Source: Mytilus californianus (taxonomy: Eukaryota). Taken from it: a DNA stretch of 64,000 nucleotides. The stretch lies in contig NW_026262679.1 of the NCBI RefSeq assembly GCF_021869535.1, forward strand, positions 30,442,001-30,506,000, given 5' to 3'. The notes under the pieces are model-generated. The model had not been told where the DNA came from and searched no databases. It was given only the letters and a program-made list of their open reading frames with translations. Both the position numbers and the translations under genes were made by a program. Positions 1 to 14,600 of the stretch are shown piece after piece. Within the stretch, counting starts at the first letter, position 1, and each line of letters begins with the position of its first letter.

Positions 1-182
1 CACTAGAAGAAAGACGTGCGAATCCAATTACTTAAAACATAAATCTGGATGAACTTTATTCGAGATCTTTTTATAGTAATTATGCTACCCTTCATAGTGA
101 GTAGATGGTCAGTTTGATCTTAAATTTTAAGGATGGAAAATTGTACAATAAAATACAAACTGGGAACAACACACAAATATAG

Positions 183-301
183 GAATATGACAGCTGTTTT
201 CCATTCGTTTGATGTGTTTTAGCCTTTGATTTTGTCCTTTGATAAGGACTTTCCGTTTTAAATTTTCCTCGAAGTTCGGTATTTTTGTTATCTTACTTTT
301 T
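183..301 (+). repeat. Interspersed repeat 3' end
   Basis: ccattcgtttgatgtgttt...gactttccgtttt...gttcggtatttttg, recognised as a common bivalve repeat; single copy in this window. Confidence 0.4.
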
Positions 302-435
302 ATTATCAAATAATTAAATGTTTTACAAAAGGAAATTGAGTGACGTTAAAAAAAAAAGAAAAGAAATGTTTACAAATGCGTCCCTTAGATAAACGAATCA
401 ACATATGAATTATCAAAAGTTTTACATATATAATA

Positions 436-995
436 ATAAGGAGATATGGTATGATTGTCAATGCCACAACTATCAATCAAAGTTCGAATGAAGTGCATTT
501 AAGCAATTATAGGCAACCGTACGGCCTTCAAAAGTGAGAAAAACTCATACCGTATAGTCGGCTAAAAAAGATCATGATATTAAAATTATGAAACTATTCA
601 ATTCAGAAAACTAACGGCCTAAGTTATAACATCAACGATTTACAAAAAACAAATATGACAAACATAAACCATCGACAACCACTTAACTACAGGTTTCTGA
701 CTTAGGCACATAAAGATTGTGGCGCGGTTAAACCCTCCCCTAACCCGGAACAGTGGTGTAACGGCACAACATAAGAACAAACACTAACAATCAGTTGAAA
801 AGGGCTTAACTAATCCGATCGATATAAAGCAGAAAAACTTCTAACAAATTCACAGACTGGATGTGGCTGGTAATGTATACATCCCACACAACAATAAAAG
901 ACACAAAGTACAGGACTGAGACTACTCGCAGTTACTGACAGGTATTTCAAAGCCAAGAACAACTAACAAAACATTCATGTATCTAAGACTAAAAC
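436..995 (-). repeat. Family A interspersed repeat (Penelope-like 3' end)
   Basis: Matches 17222-17800. Confidence 0.8.
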
Positions 996-2464
996 ATGTT
1001 TACGTGATGCCATTATTCTCAATGAAAAGCAATTTATAGCTTCGATAGTCTCGTCATTAAATAATGAAATCTTCGCTAGCTTCTCATAAATATAAAGTAC
1101 AGTAAAACAATAATTTGGGCTTCTTTTGAACTTAAGGAAATGACATAATTGATCAAAGTATATGAAGCAAATAATACTATTAAACACATATAAAAATTAC
1201 TTATAATAAGATAAATCTGGCTTCGTATTGAACTGTACGTGAATATATTTTAAATTTAGACTGCCACTTAGCAGTGGGAAATCTAGTGACAAATATTACC
1301 TCTCCTATAAATACTGAAAACTAGATCTTTTAAATGTTTGTTCCATTTTAGCAAGGACGCTATCAATTGTACATTCACGGGAAAACGTTCTGGTAAATAG
1401 TAAAAATAGAAATAAGTTGAAATAAAAACAAAACTTCTATTTAATGTTATCATTTCCCTCCTTCAATAGAAAAAGACGAGTACAGCAGGCTATATGAGCT
1501 TGATGTACAATGGGTTTAAAATGTTGCTATGCGAATAAATTTCCGTACCAACTTCAATTTATTTTTGTACTTGCTGTTTACCTCTCTTGAACATTCTTAT
1601 TATCCACATATATATGCAGCTAGATCAGAGAAAGTCAGGGAAACAATTCCAAAGGAATCGATTGATATGCAGCTAAGATTAACACTTTTGAAATTTAGTT
1701 AATAAGCCAATTCAAATTGACCTTATTCCGATGTAAACATTGAATGTGAAAAGATCGAGAAGAACGCAAATACATGTACAAAAATCGAGACGACCTTTTC
1801 TTAAAATTGTATAAAAAATATTCAAAGATAGCTACTTTATAAACCTATTTTTCTTTCATTTTTTAACCTTCATAGACTTAAAATAGTTATATTCAAGAAA
1901 CGACAATATTTATATATTGAATGTTTGTGTGAAAAGAGCAGACAGGTGTACTCTAAAACTTAGATGTGAAAAAAATAAGTATATTTTTGAAAATTGTAAC
2001 ATGGTTAGGACTTTTTGGAACACATACTCCGAAAATTGGTGACCCGAAAGATCTTTAGATTTTGTATGTACATGATTTGTCCAATTTTTTCTTTCATTAT
2101 GCAGTAAAACTTACATTCTTTAGATTTTAGATTCACAAGCTTCTTATGCATTTATCTCGATAAATAATGAAGATTAAAAAACATCGTGTATTTCCATGTT
2201 TATCTATATCACAGTTTAACAAATAATTTCTTTAAAATATACAATTGTTATTTAGAAAAACATTTGATTAGTGTCGTCGGCAGCATTGTTTTAAAATTGA
2301 TTTTCTCGACTCTATTATAAGAAGAGTGAATTTTCTTTTGTTCTCGTTCACAAGATTTCCCACTGTAAGAAGTCAAAGACTGCATACAATATTTATTAAG
2401 CATATAATTTTATAATTACTTTACTTTTAATTAAAAAGGCAATAACTTATCAATTTGAGCTAGT

Positions 2465-2684
2465 ATGGCAGAAACGGAGGATGATGAGCTGTGGGAAAAA
2501 TTGCGACAGTTGCTGCAAAAGAAAACAAATGAGTTGGAAAACCAGCAAAAGAAACCCTGCCGGAAACCAGAACCACCTAAACTCGTCCTGTCTATCATTG
2601 GTGATTCAAAAAGCTTTGTACCTAAACCATGGATAACATCAGTATTCAAACAAGGACTCATAGAAACCGCAAAAGGCGCAAAAG
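2465..2684 (+). CDS. TRPM: TRPM-like exon 1 (MAETEDDEL...ETAKGAK), ends phase 1
   Basis: ATG in AGTATGG context with an in-frame TGA 9 nt upstream; donor AAAG|gtatat. Confidence 0.85.
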
Positions 2685-5600
2685 GTATATTTCAGCTTGT
2701 TGATTTTATTAGGGAAAAAAAAGACAAGCTTTATTCATCCTTGATAAAACAACACCCTTCACCATGTTCACGCACTTATCAATACCAAAAGCAATGGAAT
2801 ATAGCATTCATTGTTCTTCATCTAAAAGTATTTTTCAGCAAAACATTAGACGCAGTTAAAAGCTCACAAGTCACTGCAAGTTTAGTAGGGGTGTATATTT
2901 TTTTATGCGATATCTTCATTTTGGACAGGGAGCAATATCGTTTTATATGGTTCGTTTTCGGTCTATTTATATAGATATATATTTTTAATGCTTGGTTACA
3001 AGAATTCCGAAATGAAGAATAATCCCAAGGAACGCTTTTAACGCCAATGATAATATTCATAGCCGTCCCGTAGGAATAGACGCAAACGCAAACCGAAACT
3101 ATCATTATTATTTCAAAATTTACAGCTTCCACCAACATTGGATATATATACATGGAAAAAAGTATCGCACCACCCAGATTTTTCTCACAAACCAAAATAT
3201 TATAACATATAACATTATTTATGGCCCCAAAAGTGTATAAATTATACATTTTGATATTGACAATAACATAGGCATAACTGATTAAAAAAGTAGTATCAGT
3301 TTTTTTTAAGATATGAAATTTTCGTAGTATCTTTTAACAAAAATATTAGAGTTTTTGTATTATCTGTTGATAAAAATATTTTAGTTTTCGTAGAATCTGT
3401 TGAAATATTTCAAAATTTACCATCTGTTACTGTATTGTTATAGCTATTCATTACGATGTTAAAAGCAAAATATCGACCTTTATTGCGATATATAATGTAT
3501 TTACCATGTGTATTGCTTGATTAAAATGCTATAAATAGATATGCAAATGAACATGAACATTTACGCATGAAAACAAATAGTTATTAACTAAATCTTTCAT
3601 TTTACAGAACACATTTTTAAAAGGTCAACCACTGAGATCAACGTATATCAAAGTATTTCATTTAAAGGTTAACTTAATTCACATTTTGGTTACATATAAT
3701 ATATTTTGCAGACAGTTTGATTCTCTACAAAGGTTCATCGGAAAAGGTCAGCTCTATCGTGAGAGAAGCAGTTGAGGATTTTAATACATTGCAATCAGAA
3801 GGTGATGATGTGTTTATAAGTCTAGTGGGAATTCTCCCGGAAGAAAAAAAATGTAAAAGAAGCATCCATCTTCATGACGAAAACGAAAAAAAATACGGAT
3901 GGGTAGGATTATATCATTCATGCTATAGCAATCATTTTCCGTAAATGTGGTAACATTAGTATTCTGCAATCAATCATTATATTGTGTTTTACTACGAAAT
4001 ATTAAAAATTATATTGCCTAATAGAAAAATGGTTAAATGCTTATCTGGAAGTCACAATGCACATCATGTATCTTTAACAAATTTTACCATGTATTTTCGG
4101 TAAAAGTGCAATTCCATACACACAAAATAAAGAATAAAAACAAAAAGTACTTGACTTTTTTTATATTAATTTTTTTTTTTTTTATTTTAGATATTGTATT
4201 AAAAAATAGCTAGTCGAAAATACTGATTTATTTCTCAAAACCGAAAAGTGGTACAATGTCGGCAGACATTTTTTGCACCCAAGTATCAATATCGCCAGAT
4301 TTCTCCCATACAATTGGTTTAAGATATGTATTATGTTCCTGAACCATATCATGAACAATACATATGGATTCATGACTTGTTGACAACAGTTGCATGCTTA
4401 TGAATGTCAGTAATAAAACCTACAATAATAAATAGAAAAGTGATAATAATAATACAAATCATACTTTCCATACGTCATTTGTTTTCTTGACTATATGATC
4501 TTCATACAGTCTATAGCTAAAGATCTTAATTCTTTTTTTTTATCCAGGTTGGTGTAACTCTATCGTCACATTTAAAAAAAATAACACTTTGCACCAGTTA
4601 TCCTTTATTTCGTCTCATTAACTCTTAGGTTGTAACAAAGAAATTATTTATACAAAATAGGCTTTTGTCTATACTTTATTGGGAAATAACATTATTTGAG
4701 TTATCTCTCCGAAAAAACTCTTAATTTATTTTAAACGCATTATTATGTTATACTCGAAAAGGGACTCTTCCTTTTTTGTTTCCTGTTTTGCTAATAATTT
4801 AATACAATCATTCAGTCCTATACAAAATTTGATAGTTCTAATTGCATTCTCTTGTAATAATCTTCCGAAGGTTCGCACAAGACCAAAAGATTGGCAGCCT
4901 GAATATTTTTAACAAGAGTAAAACAACCAGTAAGTCCTAAAGAGAACAATTAGAGCAATTTACCTTGGTTTCAGAACAATATAACAAGTAGAACAAAATA
5001 CCATAATTTTGTTCAACATGTAGCTTAAAAGCAAGCTCTTACCCAAATGCATATGTAATTATTATATTGAAGTTCTATCATTTTGTGTAAATCGTCTCAT
5101 CCTACTATAAATTATATTACAATAGAACTTTTAAAAAGGTGAAGGTCCGGTAAGAGCTAATTTCGTCCTAAGATGTGAAGTACGTCTGATGAAAGATTTT
5201 TGACATTTTTTAAACACTTAAGTGTCTACTTTAGTTGATTCAATTAGTTTATGTTAAAGATTTGAACTGATTTTGGTTATTAAAGACGCTCAGATTCAAG
5301 CTTAGATATGAAAAATCTATCAAATATTCCATAAAACGTCACTTATCAGATGGTTTCTGTCTAAAATGGAAGTGGCGGAATTCATGTTCAGTCTAAACAT
5401 TTATATATGTTATGTTTTATTATCAAATACAACATATATTTAAATATTAAAACTGAACACAAGTGCGGCCGCTTCCATTTTAGACAACAACCGTCTTAAA
5501 ATTAGAACAAATGCAAAAATTGTGAAGACTTTAGTATTTTTTCATGAAATAATGATGGTAGTACCTGATTTCCATTGCATTGTCAAACACAGCCCATATT

Positions 5601-8600
5601 TATGTACAAAAGTATTCTACTTTCCAATGAATAACTAAAAGTTAACATTTTCAACAACTTTGTAAAACGTTATATTTTGGGGCCAATAAGGAGTCTTACG
5701 GGGCCTACTCCTTTCTTTCTGACCAAAATTGATCTAATATTTACCTTTTTTATTTATTGTAAGGACTATTGGCAAAGGAAGCACAGTGACTGTCTGCTTG
5801 GAGAAATATATCATATTTGGATAGGGAAGAAGAAGTCATATGCTGAGTTTCATGCTTCCGTACTTAAAGAAATAGTACAAAACAAAATAAATTTCATGAC
5901 TCTCGAAGACAAGCCGTGTAAGTGTCATTTTATACAGATGCGTACCAATTTAATATGTTATTGTTTCACATAACGATGAATTGTTTGTAGTGTGATTATT
6001 TACCAAACAGTACCAAGTCAACTTATTAAGTTTGAATTACAAATGCGAACAATATTTATTAGAGTTTTATAGCAACATTTATTCAATATTTTGTACTGCT
6101 TAAAAGTGAAAACAATAAACATAAACATTCAATAAATTGTATGTCAGAATATGAGAGAAAAACACATTTTACAAAAAATAAACGTTGACTCTTTGAGGTT
6201 TAAAAGTCATTTTTGTTTTGTTACGAAAATACTTTAAAAATGTTAAACGATATCACAATGCTGTAAACATCACATAGAAATATGATTGTTGCCCAGAAAG
6301 AAATATTAGTTTCTCAGTGGTTTTGTTACGTCGTATTCTATTCAGTTTATCTCCCGTATATTTTTGGGATATTAAAGGATAAACATATCAAGTAGTTCGA
6401 TTTGTAAAATGGTAACAATTTTTTTATTCAGTAAATACCTACACTTTATCTTAAATCTTTCTACTGGATGGTTGTCTCAGTGACAATCATACCAGTCTTT
6501 TTATCTTTATATTTATAGTGTCTTAATCAACTCTCTGTACACACCAAAACATTTTTGTTCTTTAATTATATTGGGGGATCTTATCACTAAATGTCAACAC
6601 TTTAACCTAACCTTTGTTCACAGATTCAAATGTACAATCTATGTTGCATGAAGATATTTTTCCGGATCGACTCGACGCAACTTATTTCTTCAAATACAAT
6701 AAAATATTAAGATTCATTTTTTGTATAACTGATGAGACTCACAGTTCGACATCAAATATATTTTAACATTATATTGTTATAACAAAAAATAAATTAAAAC
6801 AAAAATATCGAATCGAACTCCAAGGGATACTCAAAACGGAAAGTCCTTTATAGATACATTGTTACATTATATAATTAAAACAAATACCTTGTTAACTTTT
6901 GTAATTATAACGAATAATACAGTTTGTCATATTATTAGTGCAATGGAATGTTCCAGTTCTAACAATAGTAGCAGAAGGTGACTTAGATACAATAGAAGCT
7001 GTTGACCAAGTTCTGAAGCAAGACTTGCCTATACTGATTGTAAAAGGTTCGGGAAAAGCAGCTGACTTTATTGCTGAATTCATTGAGAAGTAAGATATGA
7101 TATTTCTAGATAATTAAATAAATAAAAAAAGAAATAAGCAGTATTGACTCTCCTATAAATGTTTACGGTACCATTACTCTACATTGTACAACATTCATTA
7201 TAATACCATATTCAACATATTTTGTTAAGGTACTTAACAATTTTTATAAGCTTTGATCCCTAAACCAATACATATCGGAAGTTTGTTGCATACTTCAAGT
7301 GTATTAATAATGTTATCACTTGAAAAGGATAAAGTACACGTTGGGGTTGATTTTGTCGAGTAAATTCACAGTGTTATATGTCATTAACCATAAAAAGATA
7401 GGCGTTTCAAAGAATATGAATATTCTTGATGTTACAATTTGACTTCGATGCATTTAAAGTGGCGCTATAAGCGATATTTGTCAGATGTTTCGCTAAAATT
7501 AGATAATTCTAACAAATTGGCTGAATTAACAAAGTGCACAAGCCTCGACCAAACTATACAAGAGAATGATGAAACACATAATACTACTCACTGTTTGAAT
7601 AACTTTTTCGGCGACGGTTGTGTTCTATATTATTTCTGAGCGTGTACTGGTCAAATAGTCTATATTTTGTACAATATTGCCATTGTAATAGAATTTATTG
7701 CAGTTTCATGGCTGTATATCTTATTAAAAGGGTACATTTTAATCAATTTTGATAATATGAAATAGTTTGAAATATTTGATTGTCAGATGAATTTGTCTTT
7801 TTTATCGTACCTTGTCATTATAAAACGTTAAACATATTAAAATGTTCTTTCAGCGATAAAATAAGTATATCTGAATATATCAAGTACAAAACACCACTGT
7901 TATTTGGTATTTCTTCTCATGACCTTATGAAAAGAGAATTTGTCAGCAAAGGTTCTGGTTCACAAAAGCATCAACGAAATGATCTCGAGTCAATCATGAA
8001 AGCAATAAAAGAAAACAAATGCTTGGTAAGTTGTAAATAGATAGATGACATTTCATGTTACAAGACATTAAAGACAAATGGTGATAAAAACTGTATTGAG
8101 CTTCATGGTCAAAGGTAAAGGTCATATAGCTATTCATTTTTTGTTTTTGTTTTTGTTTGGTTGTTTCATTTAGTTGTGTTTTTTAAATCGTGCATAAAAA
8201 GATGAGATAAAACTTGAACACTGTCAATCACAGTTCTCAATGGAAATCAAGACGTACATATGGTATATATATTTATTGCTGAAGCGTCCTCTTGTTCCAG
8301 CAATCATGTTTATGTATAAACTGCACAAACCACAACTGTGGTAGAAAAGTAGAATGAATGAATTATTTTATCATGACAGCTAACGATAATTGATATAAAC
8401 AAACAAACACAGCCTAAAGAGTTTACAGATGCAGTAACAAGAGCGATCATTAGCGGATGGTCTCGAAACAAACCTGAAGATGACGACCAGATTTATGGCA
8501 ACTTAGAAAATGACCAAATTAAACCAGGTATAGAATTTTGAGTTTTCGTATTATCATTGTAATATTCATCTAAAGCTTTTCCTCTCATCAAATTTTGTGT

Positions 8601-11600
8601 TTTTATGTCTATTATTTTTTTTTTTTTGTTAATTCCTCTAGCCTTTTTTAGCAATTTATATTAAATTTAGATCTTTGCTGAAATGCACCAACGCATGAAA
8701 ATAAAGAACCGTGAAGTCGATCAGACGCCACAAAGTTATCCCCGAAAATAGGTTGGTCTACAGTACCACATGCTATACGATTTGACGTATCTACACTTCG
8801 ACCATTGTAAAAATATATCATACAAATGACATTTTATCAGAAATTATTTTATCGTGGCTTTGATAAGAAATCTGTACTGACATTCACACAGTAATTGCTA
8901 ATGGTGGTGAAAATAACGTTATGACGCCTGAAATATATTCGGAACATTGGAAGCAGGTTGAATTTAAATGTTACTAAATATACCACTAATAATTTAATCA
9001 ATCATTTACCATCTTTAAAGGTTTGAAATGTTTAGGAACAGTATTAAGACATTAATTGTGAATAAAGGTGTTGACTTAAGTTCTCTAAATAAATATTTTA
9101 TAGTACAAAGCTATTACCATGCTTGTATCAACGACGATCAATTTCCGTTACCAGTTGAACCAAATATGAAAGAAAAAGTCAATCCAACATCAGTATCTAT
9201 AAATGCTATGGGCGGGACATTGCGAGCTGATAATCGGAAATTTAAGGATTCCATTAAGGAAATACTGACTCCATCATCTTTACCACTTTATTATTACATT
9301 GCATATCAGCTTATACAAGAAATACAAGGAGAGAAAAGGGCTACAATAGAGGTAGTGTTATGTTTGCATCAATTTTATGTTTAAATAATATTGATTTTAA
9401 AAATTGTTTTAATGCGTTTATTTACGTATTATTGTTAAAACTTTTAAATGTCCAAAGTTAAAAGGGAAATAAAACTTGCTTTTACGATTATTTCTTAACC
9501 TTACTGTTCTTAAAAAATGCACTATATATTGTAACATACGAGTGACATTGCAAATTATCTATAAACTATACATTGCATAATAAGCGACATAACATTAAAT
9601 CTTATAATGTATCAATTATCATAGATAGCTTTTTTTCTTTCATGTAAAGCAGGATCTGCTTACCCTTCCGGAGCACCCAAGATCACCACCAGTTTTTGGT
9701 GGGGTTCGTGTTGCTCAGTCTTAAGTTTTCGATGTTGTGTTTTTTGTACCATTGTGTGTCTGTTGGGCTTTTTACTTTTTTAGCCATGGCGTTGTCAGTT
9801 TATTTTCAAAATATGAGTTTGAATGTCCCTCTGGTATCTTTCGCCTCTCAACAAATCCGTTGATTATGGTTGTGCCAGATATCTACTATTTGATAGATTA
9901 GACAATAACAATTTCATGAAAGAGATTTAAATAAGCATATTCGCAGTTTTTGTTTTCTAGAGTTTTGGCTTGCCTGTTGGAATTGAAATACAAGATGTTA
10001 AGTACACATGCAACACATATATCTTTGTTTCCGTCCTTTGTTTGCCCGTACTAACATAATTTGCGCTAGTCACCATCCAATAACTAATAAAATTGAGAAT
10101 CGAAACGGAGAATGTGTCAAAGAGACAACAACCCGACCAAAGAGCAAAAATACAGCCCAAGGACACCAATGGGTCATAAACACAGCGAGCAAATCCCGCA
10201 CCCGGAGGTGGGCTTCAGCTGGCCCTTAAACAAAAACCTAGTTCAGCGAAAATTGATGTCACACTAAACTCCGAAACATATTAATGAAACAAAATTAAAA
10301 AAAAACATACAAGACTAACAAAGGCCAGAGACTCCTGACTTGGGACAGTCGCAACGATGAATCATTTCTCCATTACTTCAGTTCGTTTTAATTTGGTAGT
10401 ATAATTATTTGATTTCAAATATAAAACAGACAAACATGACTAGCAAATAAAAATATTTTCACCCATTTTCGTCAATTCTCAAAACAGATATGCTTTCTTT
10501 GTATTAACAAGTTAGTATGTGAATTATAGAGTTGAAGTAAAGTTTGTGAGGTAGACGAATTTGTCCTTTAAAACTAGTCTTGTCAAAGTGAACAGTTTTG
10601 CATAACCAGTTACTCGGATAATCTTTCGACCGATTAACCGGTTAACCGGTAGTAAAGTTGAAGTGTGAACGCCTTACCTACAGTACTCTTCAATGCACGG
10701 TTTTATGATACGATACATTGCAGTTTAGGCTTTGAGCTTTTTTTTGTAAATTTTTAGTTAAAATTATCCAATACTCACATATCTACTACGGATTTTGTAA
10801 TAACTTCAGATTTAGGATATACAAATCTTCTTGTTCTCGTCGAATTGACAAAACCTGAAATCGGTCATTGTTTCATTTTCACTGGTGTCTCAGAAAATTC
10901 TCTGGAGTATTGGGATGATTAATATAAGCGTGTTACTCGTACCATCCAGTATAGATTTATTCCATTCACATGATTCGCCATTTATTTTTTTTGGGACTGC
11001 ATTTCGTTTAAAGTATGACAAAGCACTGGACGATGGAGGTAGCATATTTAAATGTAGGTCTACGCAATATTAAATCAAACATGAATAAGATGTTAACCAA
11101 AAAAAAAAAAATCAGCTTACAACAGCTCAAATTACATGTATGCAAATAATGTGCACTTCATATCCTGTCCCAAGCTGATAGACAATTTGTCTTTATGCTT
11201 AACACCCAGTCTTTGATAGAACCATGCAAAAGGCTTATAAGTGGGTCCACATGACATGTCAACCAAATGTAATGAAATTTTGCACATATGTTATGATAGT
11301 CAAGAGAAAAAAATTCTAACTTTAAAAATTGATTTAAGGCTTTTTTTTAGATTTTGCAGCGCCATATATTAGAAAAGGCTTAATTTCCCAAAATTTCCAC
11401 AAAAATTACACAATTTTGTTACTCTGAATATACTAGATATGGTTATGTTCAGCTGATATTTGAGTTGATTTTCATAACAAGCATCATTTGTCCTTCGAAA
11501 ATTGACAAAATGTTTTTGCTTGAGTATAGTTATATTTTTGGGACTGGCCGGTCTAAAAAGGTAATTTTGGACATTTTTTTTTTATACTTCCTAAAAAGAT

Positions 11601-14600
11601 CAACAAAAAGACAGGAAATCTTGAAAAGTACAATGCATTTTTCAATGTTTTAAATATTTCTATGAAGGTTTACATGTGTGCTATAAGTTTTATGATTTTT
11701 GAGCTGGGGTCTCCTACACCGTTACCATGGCAACGGAATAAAAAGGAGTAATTTTCACATATTTTTCACAATAATCCGTGTATTTAATTATGAAAACTTA
11801 TTTATCTTTTGACACTGGCTTATGATATTTGGCATTTAGGTGAATTACAATAAAACATTGTATCTCATCAAAATGAAAACCGTCAGATGACCTTGACCTT
11901 TGACATCAAGGTAAAAAAACTTGATTTTGTTACATTTTCTTATCTGGAACACACCTTTGCCTCTCCCTTGACAAAGTCTTTTAATACTTGACACAAAAGT
12001 GCAGCACCTCAATATCATGTGTCGCGTACCATGGATGATGACCTTGATCTTTGACCTTGAAGGTCAAATAAAAAGTCAAGGTCAAATATTTAATTTCATA
12101 TGTCACCCTAAAATCAAACATATTCTTTCTTGTCATGTTAAAATGAAAATGAAGAGATGTGGACTGATTGCTTATGAGACAACTATCCCCGTCAGTTAAA
12201 ATGAAGGGGAAGTAAGCAATTTATAGGCCACAGAACGTGCAAGACCTTTTCAGTGCAGCTAAGGGTTTGTCCTTGGGGGTCCTGCTCCGTCCCTCATAAA
12301 ATAATGTTGGTATTTAGATTTATCTAAAATAGGGTTCAGAACTACATTCTTAACCCATATTTAATCTTAATTGCTTTTCTAGTTCATCATGAGTGACATG
12401 CCCTGCCCCCTATAACCATTGATGGTAAAATAGCTTGAAATATGTTCATATCCCTACCTCTAAATTATATATATATTCTCAATCAGCAAGGCAACACCTT
12501 TGAGTACACCATATATGTTTTTGCTGTGGTTCGTGCCCCTTATATATCTGTTCAGATACTCACCCCTAAACCATGTACTCTAATAAATATATCATGACTA
12601 GACCAATTAAGTGTAACATATATTTTGTATTTTATAAATTATATTGAATATTGTACAAAAAATGAAATGTAACTTAGGTCATGTCACAGTCTGGGCCATA
12701 TAGGGCTAACTATATGGTGTGGGTTTCCCTGTTTGTTGCAGATCGTGTGGTGACCTCTGAGTGTAAATTTTTGGTTAGTTAACTTCTGAGATGACTATTG
12801 TCTCCTTGAAATATACCCCATATCTGTTCTTGTTGTCTCCCTCAGCATCACATTGCGGCCGGGAATATATAAATGCTGTGCGTTTGTCTGTCCGTCCGAG
12901 CATTGGTCCGGATTGTACACTTTCTAGCATAATTAATCGTTATCTTATTTGGATAACATTTATGCAGTAGCTTTCTACAGACAACCGGTCAAGTTTGAAA
13001 ATGAGCCTTGAACAAAAATTTAGTAGACGGGTAACATTAAAAATCTGTTGTGTTATTCATATTGCAAAACTTTTTAATTTACAGAAATATATTTTGAAAG
13101 TTTCGATCAGAAAGTTTCGACAAACATTGTACATGTAAATGTCAGCTTTTTAGATTTCCCAAATAAAATAAGAAAGCCATGAAGATTTGATAATTAAAGG
13201 CTGGGTTTTGAAAAGGCCCAAAATAGTTGTAAGAGATGTTATTATAATACCACATCTTTTTATTTTTATATTGTACGCTTTTTTGAGCAAGGAGAAAAAA
13301 AACTTGAAAAAGACTTGTTATGAAGGCATTTGCGATCGCCCTAAAAACTACTTCATATAAAATGTTTTCACCAAAAGAATGGTTATCATCAAATTAGATC
13401 AGACGCTTTTTTTGAAAATTAACTTTAAAGAAAACAAATGAATAGGTGGACAATTCTAATAAAGTGGAAACAATTGATGAAGCTGATGTAGGACATGATT
13501 CAGACTTCATTGAAATACTACTGGCAGTTGAATTCTTAAGTTTGACTACATTTTGACAGTCTAAGAATCATGTCTATATAAAAATACGGAGATGTGGTAA
13601 AATATGAATCAATTCAATTGAAAAAACTTACGGCCTAATTTATAACAAAACAGTTTACGAAAAACAAACATGACAGACATGAACCAACGACAACCACTGA
13701 ACTACAGGTAACTGACTTGGGACAGGCACATTAACAATGTGGCGGCGTTAAACACGTTTGTGAGCGCTCAACCCTCCCTATTGCAGAGTTTAAAATAATA
13801 GGCACAAATTATGTCATTTAAGGGCAAAAACTCCAACACAAGCTCGTCTGACAGTTTTGACGTAAACAGATTGTAGGGAAATCTCAACATTTTGAAAATT
13901 CCTGCCCCTGTCAGATTTTCTCTATCTATAGCAGTTTTCAATATAATAGACAATACTTGCATTTAACCCCGTAAGTTCTATTTTTAGCCTTGTCGGTTAT
14001 GTTGGTTGGAAAGAAGGGGGTGGTCATTGCACACAATTTCTAAAACTCTATACCCCAATGGTGATTGTGGCCAAATCTGATTAAATTTAGCCCAATAGTT
14101 TCAGAGGAGAAGATTTTTGTAAAATTTAACGGACGCCCACAACGGATGACTGACGCCAATTGATTAAGTGTTAAGTATAATAATGCTTTTAAAAAAGTAA
14201 AATTTATATATATACATTTCAAAAAATTATCTACAGATTGATATTTAAAATTGTAAATTTGAACATTATTCAAGGAGAATTCTAGTTTTAACTCTGTCAC
14301 TTAAAATAACCAAATAGACATATGTTTATATTCTAATGGACAGAGAGCTGGTAAGTTTAAAAAAAATGTGACTTTTTTTGTTAAATATTATAGTGCTTTT
14401 GAAAAAGAAATACTTACATTTCCAAAATTATCTACAGAATACCTTTCTTAAATTCATTGATTTATTGAGAGAAAATGTAAATTTAGTCATTTTTAGAGTA
14501 GAATTCTAGAATGTACTACAATGAGACCCCAGCAAGTTTACTAGCTAAAATGCATAATTAAGTATTCCAATTAATAAAACATAGGGAGTTATCTTTATAT

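Noticed and set aside
2685-2974. 3' part of the 169-aa ORF 2465-2974
   Set aside because: Read-through into intron 1; TRPM similarity stops at the donor at 2685
2818-3249. 143-aa minus-strand ORF
   Set aside because: Low-complexity hydrophobic translation of AT-rich intron with no motif
4530-4650. Strong acceptor-like tttttttatccag at 4547
   Set aside because: No suitable donor or TRPM-like frame; exons 2 and 3 already join in phase
6615-6770. Acceptor-like ttcacag followed by an open frame (SNVQSMLHED...)
   Set aside because: No convincing donor before the stop and not needed for phase
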